DNA from: Ignavibacteriota bacterium
GTDB lineage: Bacteria; Bacteroidota; Ignavibacteria; UBA10030; UBA6906
Assembly: GCA_963801355.1 (NCBI GenBank)
Contig: CAWDEM010000008.1
Span: 2,336,001 to 2,400,000, forward strand
DNA length: 64,000 nt
Reading direction: 5' to 3'
This document shows, in pieces, positions 9,373 to 18,750 of this stretch; the first letter of the stretch is position 1; the number at the start of each line of letters is the position of its first letter. A program made the position numbers and the translations under genes. Below the pieces are notes generated by a model that saw nothing but the letters and a program-made list of their open reading frames with translations, was not told where the DNA came from and did no database searches.

Positions 9373-9414
9373 GGAATCCGCCCTGTGGAATCCGCCCCGC
9401 GGAATCCGCCCCGT
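9373..9414. repeat. Three tandem 14-nt repeats GGAATCCGCCCYGY
   Basis: GGAATCCGCCCTGT/GGAATCCGCCCCGC/GGAATCCGCCCCGT between divergent promoters. Confidence 0.85.
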
Positions 9415-9457
9415 GCCCATCATACCTCGCTGCCCATGAAATCATGCCTTTGTTTCG

Positions 9458-9486
9458 TTGACTTTTGCCCCTGTTTTGCTTAGGTT
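9458..9486 (+). promoter_or_regulatory. Sigma70-type promoter of icd
   Basis: TTGACT-N17-TAGGTT. Confidence 0.55.
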
Positions 9487-9516
9487 TTGGCTCTGCAAAC
9501 CCAAAGGAGCCCCCTC

Positions 9517-10770
9517 ATGCCCACGTATACAAAGCTTGTCCCACCTTCCCATGGCGAACGCATCGTCATCAAGGACGGTCGGCTGCAAGTCCCGGACCAC
9601 CCGGTTATTCCCTTCATCGAAGGGGACGGTACCGGACCGGACATCTGGAAAGCATCACAGCTGGTCCTGGACGCCGCAGTAGCTAAGGCCTACGCCGGCA
9701 GACGGAAGATTGAATGGTTCGAAGTCTATGCAGGTGAGAAATCCAATGCGCTGTACGGTGAAAACACTTGGCTCCCCGAAGACACACTCGGAGCCATCAG
9801 GGAGTACCTCGTGGGAATCAAAGGACCCCTGACAACGCCGGTGGGTGGAGGCATTCGATCCATCAATGTGGCCCTGCGGCAGAAGCTCGATCTCTACGTC
9901 TGCCTCCGCCCGGTCCGCTATTTTAAGGGTGTGCCATCTCCCGTCAAGCGGCCGGAACTCGTAGATATGGTTATTTTCCGCGAGAATACGGAAGACATCT
10001 ATTCCGGCATCGAGTGGCAAGCGGGAACGCCGGAAGCAAAGAAAGTGGTGGAGTGGCTTCAAAAGGAAATGGGGGTCAAGAAAATCAGGTTCCCGGAAAC
10101 GTCAAGTATTGGGGTGAAACCCGTATCGAAGGAAGGGACCGAACGCCTTGTGCGCGCGGCAATCCAATATGCCATTGCCCAGAAGAGGAAATCGCTGACC
10201 CTTGTGCACAAAGGCAATATCATGAAGTTCACAGAGGGATCCTTCAGGGATTGGGGATACCAGCTCGGAAAAACGGAGTTCGCGGAACAGACCGTGGGCT
10301 GGGGTGAATGCGGGGGTATCCCCCCCGCCGGCAAGCTCCTCATCAAGGACGTTATCGCTGACGCATTTCTACAGCAGATTCTTACGCGACCCGGGGAATA
10401 CGATGTCATCGCCACCCTGAATCTGAACGGCGACTATATCTCGGACGCTCTTGCCGCTCAGGTGGGCGGCATTGGCATCGCCCCCGGCGGCAACATCAAT
10501 TACTCCAGCGGGCATGCGGTGTTCGAGGCAACACATGGCACAGCCCCCAAGTATGCGGGGCTCGACAAAGTGAACCCGGGCTCGATGATTCTCAGCGGTG
10601 AGATGATGTTCCGCTACCTCGGCTGGAGCGAGGCGGCCGACTTGATCTTGAACGCTCTCGAGAAAACGATTCAGTCAAAAATCGTCACGTATGATTTCGC
10701 CCGGTTGATGGAGGGAGCAAGAGAGGTGAAGTGCTCGGAATTCGCAAAGGCAATAGCCGGCAACATGTAG
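9517..10770 (+). CDS. icd: NADP-dependent isocitrate dehydrogenase
   Basis: [47 protein letters not shown] and [21 protein letters not shown] precedes the ATG at 9517. Confidence 0.97.
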   Translation: MPTYTKLVPPSHGERIVIKDGRLQVPDHPVIPFIEGDGTGPDIWKASQLVLDAAVAKAYAGRRKIEWFEVYAGEKSNALYGENTWLPEDTLGAIREYLVGIKGPLTTPVGGGIRSINVALRQKLDLYVCLRPVRYFKGVPSPVKRPELVDMVIFRENTEDIYSGIEWQAGTPEAKKVVEWLQKEMGVKKIRFPETSSIGVKPVSKEGTERLVRAAIQYAIAQKRKSLTLVHKGNIMKFTEGSFRDWGYQLGKTEFAEQTVGWGECGGIPPAGKLLIKDVIADAFLQQILTRPGEYDVIATLNLNGDYISDALAAQVGGIGIAPGGNINYSSGHAVFEATHGTAPKYAGLDKVNPGSMILSGEMMFRYLGWSEAADLILNALEKTIQSKIVTYDFARLMEGAREVKCSEFAKAIAGNM

Positions 10771-10790
10771 GAGACCAGGGCAGATCGACG

Positions 10791-10832
10791 TTCGAAAGCC
10801 GACCGGCAGCATCGATCGGCTTTCGAATTTCT
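10791..10832 (+). terminator. Probable icd terminator
   Basis: 12-bp perfect stem TTCGAAAGCCGA/TCGGCTTTCGAA followed by TTTCT. Confidence 0.6.
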
Positions 10833-10881
10833 GCCGCCTCCCCCAGGAAACCTGCACCCAGGGAGTGCATAACGACCAGAG

Positions 10882-10908
10882 TTGGCAGCAGTCTCACGAG
10901 ACTGCTAA
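10882..10908. promoter_or_regulatory. Degenerate CIRCE-like element upstream of hrcA
   Basis: TTGGCAGCA-N9-GACTGCTAA. The right arm matches GAGTGCTAA at 8/9 and the left arm is weak. Confidence 0.5.
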
Positions 10909-10931
10909 AAGCCAAGTGTTTTTGGAGTTTG

Positions 10932-10960
10932 TTGACAAGAATGCGCAGATATCGTATCTT
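10932..10960 (+). promoter_or_regulatory. Sigma70-type promoter of the hrcA operon
   Basis: TTGACA-N17-TATCTT. Confidence 0.75.
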
Positions 10961-11003
10961 TTTCTATGAATACGGACGAAAAATGGGGCATCTCAACGTA
11001 TAG

Positions 11004-12050
11004 ATGGCAATGAACCTGAGTGATAGGGCACGAACCGTCCTGCACTACGTGGTGCATGACTTCATAGAGACCGCCACCCCGGTCGGTTCGCGGTTTATTT
11101 CGAAACGGCACGAAGATGTTCTCGGCCTCAGTTCCGCGAGCATTCGCAACATCATGTCCGATCTGGAAGATCTGGGATTCATCGGGCATCCCCACACGTC
11201 CGCCGGAAGGGTGCCAACGGACCGCGGGTACCGGTTCTATCTGGACAGCCTGATGCATATAGAGCAGGTTTCGCCCGACGAACAGCAAGCGATCCGCGAG
11301 GGATTGGATGCGGTACAAGATATGGAGGAAATGCTGCGGGAATCCTCGCGGCTGATCGGTAAGATCTCCCGTCAACTCTGTGTAGTGACATCACCCCATC
11401 TCAGCTCGGGTGTGCTGGAAAAACTGGAGCTCGTCCCCATCACGTCCAGCAGGATCCTGGTGGTCATCTCCATCAAGTCCGGCCTCGTGCGCACGATCAT
11501 GATGGAGGTGGGCGTCGAACTCAACCGCGGGCGTCTGGAAGAACTTGCCCGGCGGATGAACGAGAAACTGGGCGGCCTGACATTGCAGGAGATTCGTGAC
11601 ACGTTCGTGGAACGCATGAGGGACGCTCAGGATGAGCCCACCGGTCTCATCCGCCTGTTCATTGATTCCGTCGACAAGCTCTTCCTTCCCCCGCGCACGG
11701 AAAAACTCCACATTGGCGGAACCGAGCAACTCATCGAACAACCGGAATTCATGAACCCGAAAGAATTCCGCAGCGTTGTGGAACTGATCAACAACGAAGA
11801 ATTTATCATCCATGTCCTGCAGAAACATGAGGAAGCGGCTGCCGGGACACAGGTGACCGTGGGGACGGAAAACCTTGATGAAAAATTGAAAAGCTACAGC
11901 CTGGTGACGTCAACGTACGCCGTTGGTGATATCACGGGTTCCGTTGGCGTTATCGGTCCGACCAGAATGCAATACAACAAGATGATCCCGCTTGTGGACT
12001 ACGTCGCGCGGACGATTTCCGCGATGCTCTCGAATGAGAAGGTCCCGTGA
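11004..12050 (+). CDS. hrcA: Heat-inducible transcription repressor HrcA
   Basis: PVGS, SSASIRNIMSDLE, PHTSAGRVPTDRGYR and GVIGPTRMQY. Alternative start at 11010. Confidence 0.97.
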   Translation: MAMNLSDRARTVLHYVVHDFIETATPVGSRFISKRHEDVLGLSSASIRNIMSDLEDLGFIGHPHTSAGRVPTDRGYRFYLDSLMHIEQVSPDEQQAIREGLDAVQDMEEMLRESSRLIGKISRQLCVVTSPHLSSGVLEKLELVPITSSRILVVISIKSGLVRTIMMEVGVELNRGRLEELARRMNEKLGGLTLQEIRDTFVERMRDAQDEPTGLIRLFIDSVDKLFLPPRTEKLHIGGTEQLIEQPEFMNPKEFRSVVELINNEEFIIHVLQKHEEAAAGTQVTVGTENLDEKLKSYSLVTSTYAVGDITGSVGVIGPTRMQYNKMIPLVDYVARTISAMLSNEKVP

Positions 12051-12631
12051 TGGGTGAAGAAGAGGAATTGATGGAACCAACAAACGCCGAAGAACCAACC
12101 CCCGGGGAATCTTCACCCGCGGAGGCGGACCCGCTTGCCGCAATCCACCTCCAGCTCGAAGAGGCACAGCGTCTGGCTGATACGTTCAAGGACCAGTTGC
12201 TGCGCAAAGCTGCGGAGTTTGAGAACTACAAGCGACGGGTCGAGTCGGAGAATGCCGCCATCACGCGAAGCGCCAACGAAAGCCTTCTGTTTGCCCTGTT
12301 GCCGGTGTTGGACGATATCGCACGATCGTTGAAGGCCGGCAAAGAATTGAAAGACTGCGAAGCGTTTTATGCCGGCGTGGAAATGGTTCAGGGAAAATTC
12401 CTGAAGGTACTGGAACGGTACGGGGTCATCCCCTTCGCTTCAGAAGGGAAACCTTTCGATGTCGGTCTCCACGATGCGCTTCTGCAGATCCCGCGGGAGG
12501 ACGTGGATCCGCATACGGTCATCGAAGAAGTGGAGCGGGGATACATGATCTACGATCGCGTCCTGCGGCATGCCAAAGTTGTTGTGTCCGCTGCTCCAGA
12601 GGCCACGGAGGCATCAGATGGCCAAGCGTGA
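12047..12631 (+). CDS. grpE: Nucleotide exchange factor GrpE
   Basis: [25 protein letters not shown]...HDAL and [17 protein letters not shown]. The start overlaps the hrcA stop. Confidence 0.96.
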   Translation: MMGEEEELMEPTNAEEPTPGESSPAEADPLAAIHLQLEEAQRLADTFKDQLLRKAAEFENYKRRVESENAAITRSANESLLFALLPVLDDIARSLKAGKELKDCEAFYAGVEMVQGKFLKVLERYGVIPFASEGKPFDVGLHDALLQIPREDVDPHTVIEEVERGYMIYDRVLRHAKVVVSAAPEATEASDGQA

Positions 12632-13784
12632 TTACTACGAGATCCTTGGTGTTTCACGTGACGCGTCACAGGATGAGATCAAGAAGGCCTACCGCAAGAT
12701 GGCGCTGCAGCACCATCCCGACCGCAATCCGGGGAGCAAGCAGGCTGAAGAGAAGTTCAAAGAAGCCGCCGAGGCCTATGAAGTTCTCGGGGACACGGCC
12801 AAGCGGCAGAAGTACGATCAGTATGGACATGAAGGCGTCCGCGGTACGGATTTCCGGCCGTTCACGGATGTGAATGACATTTTCAGCACATTCGGGGATA
12901 TTTTCGGCGGAGGGATGGGGGGCTCGATTTTCGACGAAATGTTCGGCGGCCAGACCCGCCACCGCCGCAAGGGCGGGCCGGCACCGGGATCGGACCTGAA
13001 GCTCCGGCTTAAGCTCACGCTGGAAGAGATTGCAACGGGAGTGGAGAAGACGCTGAAGGTGAAACGGTGGAAAGCCTGTGAATCGTGCAACGGCACAGGG
13101 GCACGGTCCGGTCAGTCCATGACCACCTGCCCCGTCTGCAATGGGGCAGGCGAAATCCGGCAAGTCTCCCGCTCGGTGTTCGGGCAGTTCGTGAACATCA
13201 CCGCCTGCCAGAACTGCGAAGGCGAGGGCCGGGTCGTCAAGGATCCCTGTACAACCTGCAAGGGTGATGGCCGGGTGCAGGGGGAGTCGACCATTAAGGT
13301 GAACATACCGGCGGGTGTGACGGAAGGCAACTATATTCCCCTGCGCGGCGAAGGTAATGTCGGCCGCCGCGGCGGCTCTTCGGGCGATATCATTGTGGTG
13401 ATCGAAGAGGAACAACACGAGTTTTTCACCCGTCGCGACAACGATGTGACCCTCGATGTCTACATCAGTTTCCCCGAAGCCGTCCTGGGAGCGGAAATTG
13501 AGGTGCCGACACTCAACGGGCGCTCACGGCTGAAAATCGATTCCGGCACAACATCCGGGACTGTCCTCAGGATGCGGGAGAAAGGAATCCCGCACCTCAA
13601 CAGCTTCGGCCGCGGAGACCAGCTCGTGCGGGTGAACGTCTGGGTGCCGAAGGTCCTGAATGCTCAAGAGCGCGCTGCCATCAAACAGCTTCTGAACTAC
13701 GAGCACATCGGGCCGGAGGGCGCAGCCGGTGGTGCGGACAAGAATCACCCCCCCTTTGCACGTGTGAAGAAGACGCTGTCCTGA
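12618..13784 (+). CDS. dnaJ: Chaperone DnaJ
   Basis: [12 protein letters not shown]-domain with HPD, G/F-rich region and four CxxCxGxG zinc-finger motifs. Confidence 0.98.
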   Translation: MAKRDYYEILGVSRDASQDEIKKAYRKMALQHHPDRNPGSKQAEEKFKEAAEAYEVLGDTAKRQKYDQYGHEGVRGTDFRPFTDVNDIFSTFGDIFGGGMGGSIFDEMFGGQTRHRRKGGPAPGSDLKLRLKLTLEEIATGVEKTLKVKRWKACESCNGTGARSGQSMTTCPVCNGAGEIRQVSRSVFGQFVNITACQNCEGEGRVVKDPCTTCKGDGRVQGESTIKVNIPAGVTEGNYIPLRGEGNVGRRGGSSGDIIVVIEEEQHEFFTRRDNDVTLDVYISFPEAVLGAEIEVPTLNGRSRLKIDSGTTSGTVLRMREKGIPHLNSFGRGDQLVRVNVWVPKVLNAQERAAIKQLLNYEHIGPEGAAGGADKNHPPFARVKKTLS

Positions 13785-13790
13785 GGAATC

Positions 13791-14270
13791 ATGCACCTCC
13801 TGTTGCTTTTCCAGGAGAGATTCGGCTTCACCCGCACCGAACTCACTGCTGTGCTCGCGCTTGCGGCCTTATTTCTTGCGGGGTCGGCTATAAAGCTCTG
13901 GGGACCCGCCCCGACCCAAACGCCCGCCCGCCGGGCATTCTCGTATGCTCCGCTGGACAGCGAGTTCCTGGCGCTTGCACGAACGCCCGGGAATCCGGCG
14001 ACATCTCTGCGGCCGGTCCCGACGCCAAAGTCCCGCACGCCGCTCGCACGCGAAAGCATCGAACTGAATAGTGCCACTGTTGAAGAACTGCAGAAGCTTC
14101 CGGGTATCGGACCGGCACTCGCCGCGCGGATTGTTGCGTACCGTGAATCACATGGCGGATTCACTGCCGCCGGCGACGTCGGCAGAGTCAGAGGAATCGG
14201 GCCACGAACCCTTGATCGCATCCGGCCGTTCCTGCTCGTCAGATCCAGCCCGCGGTCCGGCGAACCTTGA
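13791..14270 (+). CDS. comEA: ComEA-like helix-hairpin-helix DNA-binding protein
   Basis: N-terminal TM helix, IELNSAT, and two HhH motifs (LPGIGPALA and VRGIGPRT). Confidence 0.8.
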   Translation: MHLLLLFQERFGFTRTELTAVLALAALFLAGSAIKLWGPAPTQTPARRAFSYAPLDSEFLALARTPGNPATSLRPVPTPKSRTPLARESIELNSATVEELQKLPGIGPALAARIVAYRESHGGFTAAGDVGRVRGIGPRTLDRIRPFLLVRSSPRSGEP

Positions 14271-14295
14271 CTTGCCACCTCGATTTTAACATATT
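14267..14295 (+). promoter_or_regulatory. Sigma70-type promoter, probably leaderless
   Basis: TTGACT-N17-CATATT, followed 5 nt later by the ATG at 14301. Confidence 0.5.
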
Positions 14296-14300
14296 GACCA

Positions 14301-15191
14301 ATGCCACATTCGCCATCGACATCCGTTTCCACCATCGGTCTCAGTCTCGCCGACGGCGAGGCCCAGGCGGTGGACCTTTCCCTGACGCGCGCACTTCCCA
14401 CGATCAATGCGATCGCCGAGTGGGCGGGCGGCCTGCGGGAACAGCCGGCGGCTATTGCCGAACGGCTCGCCGCATTCATCGCCACGAATGATCTCGCAAC
14501 GGATCGCATCGCCGTAACCCTCGATACCGGTTTCCTTTTCACGCACGTCCTCCCCGTCCCCGCCGAGCAGGCCGATGCGTTGATGCACAAACACGCGCTC
14601 TGGGATCTTGCGCAGTTCTTTCCGGACGCCGTGGAAGGTGACTTCATCACGGATGTTCACCTGCTCCAACAAACGGTCACAGGCGATGCGCCGAGAATGC
14701 TCAGTGTGTCCGTACGGCGGGCTTTCGCGCGCGCTCTCCGGGAGGCCCTGGCGGCAAAGGGACTTACCCTGTCCATACTCGACGGCGACCATTTCAGCGC
14801 AGAACAGTATCTGGTCTCCCGGCATCCTGATGGACGCGAAGGTCTCGTCGCCCTCGTAGGACTCAAGCGCGAAAGGATGGATGTCAGTCTGCTCCTCGAC
14901 GGAGCTCTTCTCGATTACCGTTCCCGTGGTGAATGGACTCCCGAAGTGTATGCGGATGTGCTTGCCGAAAGCACGGCTCTTTGTGGACAACCCCGGAAAT
15001 TGTTCTTCTACGGCACCCGCGCGACTACGGAGATGGTCGATGCCCTCCGGGCCACCGGACCCACGCCGGTGGAAGTGCTGAATCCGTTCGCCGGCATGGA
15101 GCTACGGCCCGGCAATCCCCTGGCGAAACATTTTCTGGCTATGCCGCACAGATTCGTACCAGCCGTCGGCGCTGCTCTCCGGGAGGAGTAG
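14301..15191 (+). CDS. Hypothetical protein, PilM/DUF3822-like actin-fold
   Basis: The pattern ALAAKGLTLSILD...VALVGL...DVSLLLDGALLDYR...LFFYG...VEVLNPF resembles PilM. It lies directly upstream of rsmD. Confidence 0.5.
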   Translation: MPHSPSTSVSTIGLSLADGEAQAVDLSLTRALPTINAIAEWAGGLREQPAAIAERLAAFIATNDLATDRIAVTLDTGFLFTHVLPVPAEQADALMHKHALWDLAQFFPDAVEGDFITDVHLLQQTVTGDAPRMLSVSVRRAFARALREALAAKGLTLSILDGDHFSAEQYLVSRHPDGREGLVALVGLKRERMDVSLLLDGALLDYRSRGEWTPEVYADVLAESTALCGQPRKLFFYGTRATTEMVDALRATGPTPVEVLNPFAGMELRPGNPLAKHFLAMPHRFVPAVGAALREE

Positions 15192-15197
15192 AACGCC

Positions 15198-15785
15198 ATG
15201 CGTGTTACAGGAGGGAAATTCCGCGGGCGCATCCTGCGCACGGTCAACGATCTTTCAGTCCGCCCGGCAACCGATCGCGTGCGGCAGACGCTGTTCAACA
15301 TGCTGGTCAATCGTCTGGACTTCGACGACCTTGAGGTGCTGGACCTTTTCGCAGGGAGCGGGAGCCTCGGTATTGAAGCGTTGAGCAGGGGGGCGGCCCG
15401 GGCGGTATTCGTGGAAGGAAACCGTCAGGCGGTGGAATTCCTCGAACGCAATCTCGACCAGCTGGGCTGCACCGACAGCTCCGAAGTGCTCGGTGTCGAC
15501 GCCGTCACGTATCTTGGTCAATCGGGCGACAGTTTTGGATTAGTCTTCGCCGACCCGCCGTATGGGTTCGAGGCAACGGAGAGGTTGCCGGACATCGCGT
15601 TCTCGCGCGGGGTCGTCGCACCCGGCGGGTATCTGCTCATCGAACATACGACGGACCTGCGCTTCCAGGATACACCGCTGTATGCCGTTGGTCCGGTCAA
15701 GAAATTCGGACGGACGGTGGTGACGTTCTTCACAGAAAAGGGATTTCATGAAACGACCGATCGCGATTTACCCCGGGACGTTTGA
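15198..15785 (+). CDS. rsmD: 16S rRNA m2G966 methyltransferase RsmD
   Basis: MRVTGGKFRGR, RPATDRVR, LDLFAGSGSLGIEALSRGA and FADPPY. Confidence 0.95.
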   Translation: MRVTGGKFRGRILRTVNDLSVRPATDRVRQTLFNMLVNRLDFDDLEVLDLFAGSGSLGIEALSRGAARAVFVEGNRQAVEFLERNLDQLGCTDSSEVLGVDAVTYLGQSGDSFGLVFADPPYGFEATERLPDIAFSRGVVAPGGYLLIEHTTDLRFQDTPLYAVGPVKKFGRTVVTFFTEKGFHETTDRDLPRDV

Positions 15786-16239
15786 CCCTATCACCTACGG
15801 GCATATGGATGTTGTCGAACGGGCGGCCCAGCTCTTCCCGCACGTGATCATTCTCGTCGCGCTCAATGCATCCAAACAACCCCTCTTTTCAGGGGACGAG
15901 CGCATTGCCATGGTGCGTGAGGTTTTCCGGAAAAAGCCGGGAATCGAGGTGGAAGGATTTGACGGGCTGCTGGTGGACTACGCGAGGAGGCGGCATGCGT
16001 CAGTCCTGATTCGCGGCCTTCGTGCGGTGTCGGATTTTGACTACGAATTTCAAATGGCCCTGACGAACAGAAAGCTCTCCGCGACTCTCGAGACGATCTT
16101 TCTCGTCCCGCGGGAGCAGTACACGTACCTGAATTCCAGTATTGTGCGGGAGCTCGCGCGGCTGGGCGGCGATGTGACCGACTTCGTGCCTGCCAACGTC
16201 CGCAGACGGCTCAAACGGAGATTCGCACAACCCGGGTAA
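15748..16239 (+). CDS. coaD: Phosphopantetheine adenylyltransferase
   Basis: IYPGTFDPITYGHMD, IRGLRAVSDFDYE and SSIVRELA. Confidence 0.97.
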   Translation: MKRPIAIYPGTFDPITYGHMDVVERAAQLFPHVIILVALNASKQPLFSGDERIAMVREVFRKKPGIEVEGFDGLLVDYARRRHASVLIRGLRAVSDFDYEFQMALTNRKLSATLETIFLVPREQYTYLNSSIVRELARLGGDVTDFVPANVRRRLKRRFAQPG

Positions 16240-16309
16240 CGACCCTGTCCGGATCGTCCCGGGGCGGCGCCATGTGTCATCACCTCACCCGGAGAGAGGA
16301 AGCGGTGGT

Positions 16310-16717
16310 ATGCCAACGTATCAGTATCTCTGCAAGTATTGTGGCCACGAACTCGAAGAATTCCAATCCATCACCGCGGAACCCCTCAGCGTGTGCCCGC
16401 ACTGCGGGACGCCGAATCTCGCACGTATGATGGGCACCGGCGGGGGGCTCATTTTCAAAGGGAGCGGATTCTATCTGACGGACTACAAGAAGAGCCCGGG
16501 ACCCGGAGAGAAGAAAGCACCCGGGGGGAAGAAAGAACCGGGGGAGAAAAAGGAACCGGGAGAGAAGAAAGAACCGGAAGCGAAGAAAGAACCGGACGCA
16601 AAGAAGGAATCGGATGTGAAGAAGGAATCGGACGCAAAGAAGGAATCAGATGCAAAGAAAGAATCGGAGGCAAAGAAGAAATCCGCCAGAACACCCGGGA
16701 AAAACGAAAACCTGTAA
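16310..16717 (+). CDS. FmdB-family zinc-ribbon protein with a charged repeat tail
   Basis: MPTYQYLCKYCG...CPHCG...IFKGSGFYLTDY, followed by ten xxKKxx hexapeptides. Confidence 0.9.
   Translation: MPTYQYLCKYCGHELEEFQSITAEPLSVCPHCGTPNLARMMGTGGGLIFKGSGFYLTDYKKSPGPGEKKAPGGKKEPGEKKEPGEKKEPEAKKEPDAKKESDVKKESDAKKESDAKKESEAKKKSARTPGKNENL
16505..16684 (+). repeat. Ten 18-nt coding tandem repeats
   Basis: GEKKAP GGKKEP GEKKEP GEKKEP EAKKEP DAKKES DVKKES DAKKES DAKKES EAKKKS. Confidence 0.9.
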
Positions 16718-16723
16718 ACCCCT

Positions 16724-17485
16724 TCACTCGTACCTGTCGAGTTTGAAATTCTCTCCGAGATAGAGTTTCCTCGCTTCCGGATCGTTTGCCAGAAACTCGG
16801 ACGTTCCCTCCTTAAGAATCCTCCCCTCGAAGAGCAGATACGCACGGTCGGTGATCGAAAGCGTTTCATGTACGTTGTGGTCGGTCACCAGCACGCCGAT
16901 GTTGCGCTCCTTCAGGTTGGCCACGATCTTCATGATATCCTCGACAGCAATCGGGTCAATTCCCGCGAATGGCTCGTCCAGCAGGATAAACCCGGGCCTC
17001 CCGGCCAGGGCCCGGGCGATCTCCGTCCTGCGACGTTCGCCGCCTGACAGCATATACCCTCTGCTCCGGGCAAGATGAGTGATGTTGAAGTCCGACATCA
17101 GCTGTTCGCACTGCTGCTTGCGTTCCGCGGACGAGAGATCCATGACCTGCAGAATCGACAGGATGTTTTCCTCGACGGTCATCTTCCGGAACACCGAGGC
17201 CTCCTGGGGGAGATACCCGATGCCCATGCGCGCACGCTTGTACATGGCCATACGCGTGATGTCCATACCGTCCAGCATGACTTTCCCGCCATTCGGCCGG
17301 ATCATTCCGACGATCATATAGAATGTGGTCGTCTTCCCTGCACCGTTGGGGCCGAGGAGACCGACCACCTCGCCCTGCCGGACTGAGACGCTGACATCCC
17401 GCACCACCGTCCGGTTCTTGTACTTCTTGATGAGGTCGTCTGCCCTGAGCAATCGCCCGGCAGCCGGAGTCTGGAGAGAGTTCAT
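16724..17485 (-). CDS. lptB: LPS export ABC ATP-binding protein LptB
   Basis: [45 protein letters not shown] and TDHNV. Confidence 0.96.
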   Translation of the reverse strand: MNSLQTPAAGRLLRADDLIKKYKNRTVVRDVSVSVRQGEVVGLLGPNGAGKTTTFYMIVGMIRPNGGKVMLDGMDITRMAMYKRARMGIGYLPQEASVFRKMTVEENILSILQVMDLSSAERKQQCEQLMSDFNITHLARSRGYMLSGGERRRTEIARALAGRPGFILLDEPFAGIDPIAVEDIMKIVANLKERNIGVLVTDHNVHETLSITDRAYLLFEGRILKEGTSEFLANDPEARKLYLGENFKLDRYE

Positions 17486-18750
17486 GGGAGCGGGGCTTTC
17501 TGCGATGGCACTGCAAGTGCCGGCCGGTCGTCGCGCCAGAAAAAACCCGGGAGCCGGTACTCACGTTCACGCTTGTCCACCATCGGTTCAGGAACGTACC
17601 GCCCTTCCACCCCGCCGACGACACGGATGGTGCTCGCCCGCCCGTCTGCAAACAGCATGACGATGCGATCTCCGCTGGCGGTGTTCAGCCCGTTGGCAAG
17701 CGAATCTTCGTACAGGCAGTAAATGCTCAGGGCACGGGTTTCGACATTAATTTGCCTGAGGGCTCTCTCATGAAACTGCATATCCAGCGTTTCCCCGGCC
17801 AGCTGGTCATACCGATCGGGGCGCAGGGAATCGCTGCGGGAGACCGCGAATGCGGACCCCATCACCAGGATCCGATCGAGGGCCCGTTGTTTGAGATAGA
17901 CGTTTATGGAATCGCCGGACAGCTGGGTTTCCCGGTACCAGAGAACCGGCGCGCGGCGGAGTTCCAGGCTGTCGCCTTCCGTGAGCAGAAGGATGGATCC
18001 CGCGCGTCCCGCAAGATCCTTCCGTACAAAGACCACGCTGTCGGTCGCGCGCAGGCGGCGCACCGTATCCTGAAACGATTCCATGACGAGGCTACGGACG
18101 ATAAGAGTATCGATCGCGCCTCCCGCCGTCGTGTCGAATTTCACCAGCACGGGCGCCACCGTGACGCGACTGGAACGTGCGATCCCATCATGGACAAGGT
18201 CACCCCCCGTCACCGTCACGGCATCCCGCTCGTTGATCACCCGCACCCTGCCTGTTGCATGCATGCGCTTGGGGTTCCGCTCGTAGGTCAGCGTGTCCGC
18301 AAACAGGAGCGCCGATGAGTCGCGCGCCACCACGTGGGAGCGGAAGTAGGCGACACGCGGATCGACATCGTAGGTTCCGAAGTCGGCTTCCAGATGAAAA
18401 ACCCCATCGTCGAGGACCACCCTCTCAAATGCCTCCGCATGCCGCGTATCGCGGTAATACACGCCGCGGGGCGCGCTGATGGTCATGCTGTCGTCCCGGA
18501 CGCGCACGTTGCCGGTCAGCACGACCTTGCCCGATGCGAGGAACTGGACCGCGCGATCGCACTGAATGATGACCTTCTCCTGAATGATCCGCACATGGCC
18601 TGACAACTCCCGGGCATCCTCACCGTCGATCACGAGGCCCAGCGCGCTGTCGGCATTCTCCAGGACGATGAGCCTGGATGGTTGCGCACCGGCATGCGGC
18701 GTGCCCATCCAGAGGAGCACAGCCACGGCACAAAGCCAGCGACTATTCAT
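17482..18750 (-). CDS. Long OstA/LptA-like periplasmic LPS transport protein
   Basis: Signal peptide and repeated beta-jellyroll motifs (LSGHVRI, LTGNVRV, ATGRVRV, GDSI). Located between lptC and lptB. Confidence 0.8.
   Translation of the reverse strand: MNSRWLCAVAVLLWMGTPHAGAQPSRLIVLENADSALGLVIDGEDARELSGHVRIIQEKVIIQCDRAVQFLASGKVVLTGNVRVRDDSMTISAPRGVYYRDTRHAEAFERVVLDDGVFHLEADFGTYDVDPRVAYFRSHVVARDSSALLFADTLTYERNPKRMHATGRVRVINERDAVTVTGGDLVHDGIARSSRVTVAPVLVKFDTTAGGAIDTLIVRSLVMESFQDTVRRLRATDSVVFVRKDLAGRAGSILLLTEGDSLELRRAPVLWYRETQLSGDSINVYLKQRALDRILVMGSAFAVSRSDSLRPDRYDQLAGETLDMQFHERALRQINVETRALSIYCLYEDSLANGLNTASGDRIVMLFADGRASTIRVVGGVEGRYVPEPMVDKREREYRLPGFFWRDDRPALAVPSQKAPLP

Noticed and set aside
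9373-9414. Possible mini-CRISPR
   Set aside because: The repeats are 14 nt and contiguous, with no spacers and no cas genes.
9287-9445. N-terminal extension of the TPR ORF
   Set aside because: It spans the promoter and repeat region. The RBS and signal peptide place the start at 9286.
16483-16869. Antisense ORF with (S/G)FFASD repeats
   Set aside because: It is the reverse complement of the KKESDA repeat tail and overlaps lptB out of frame.
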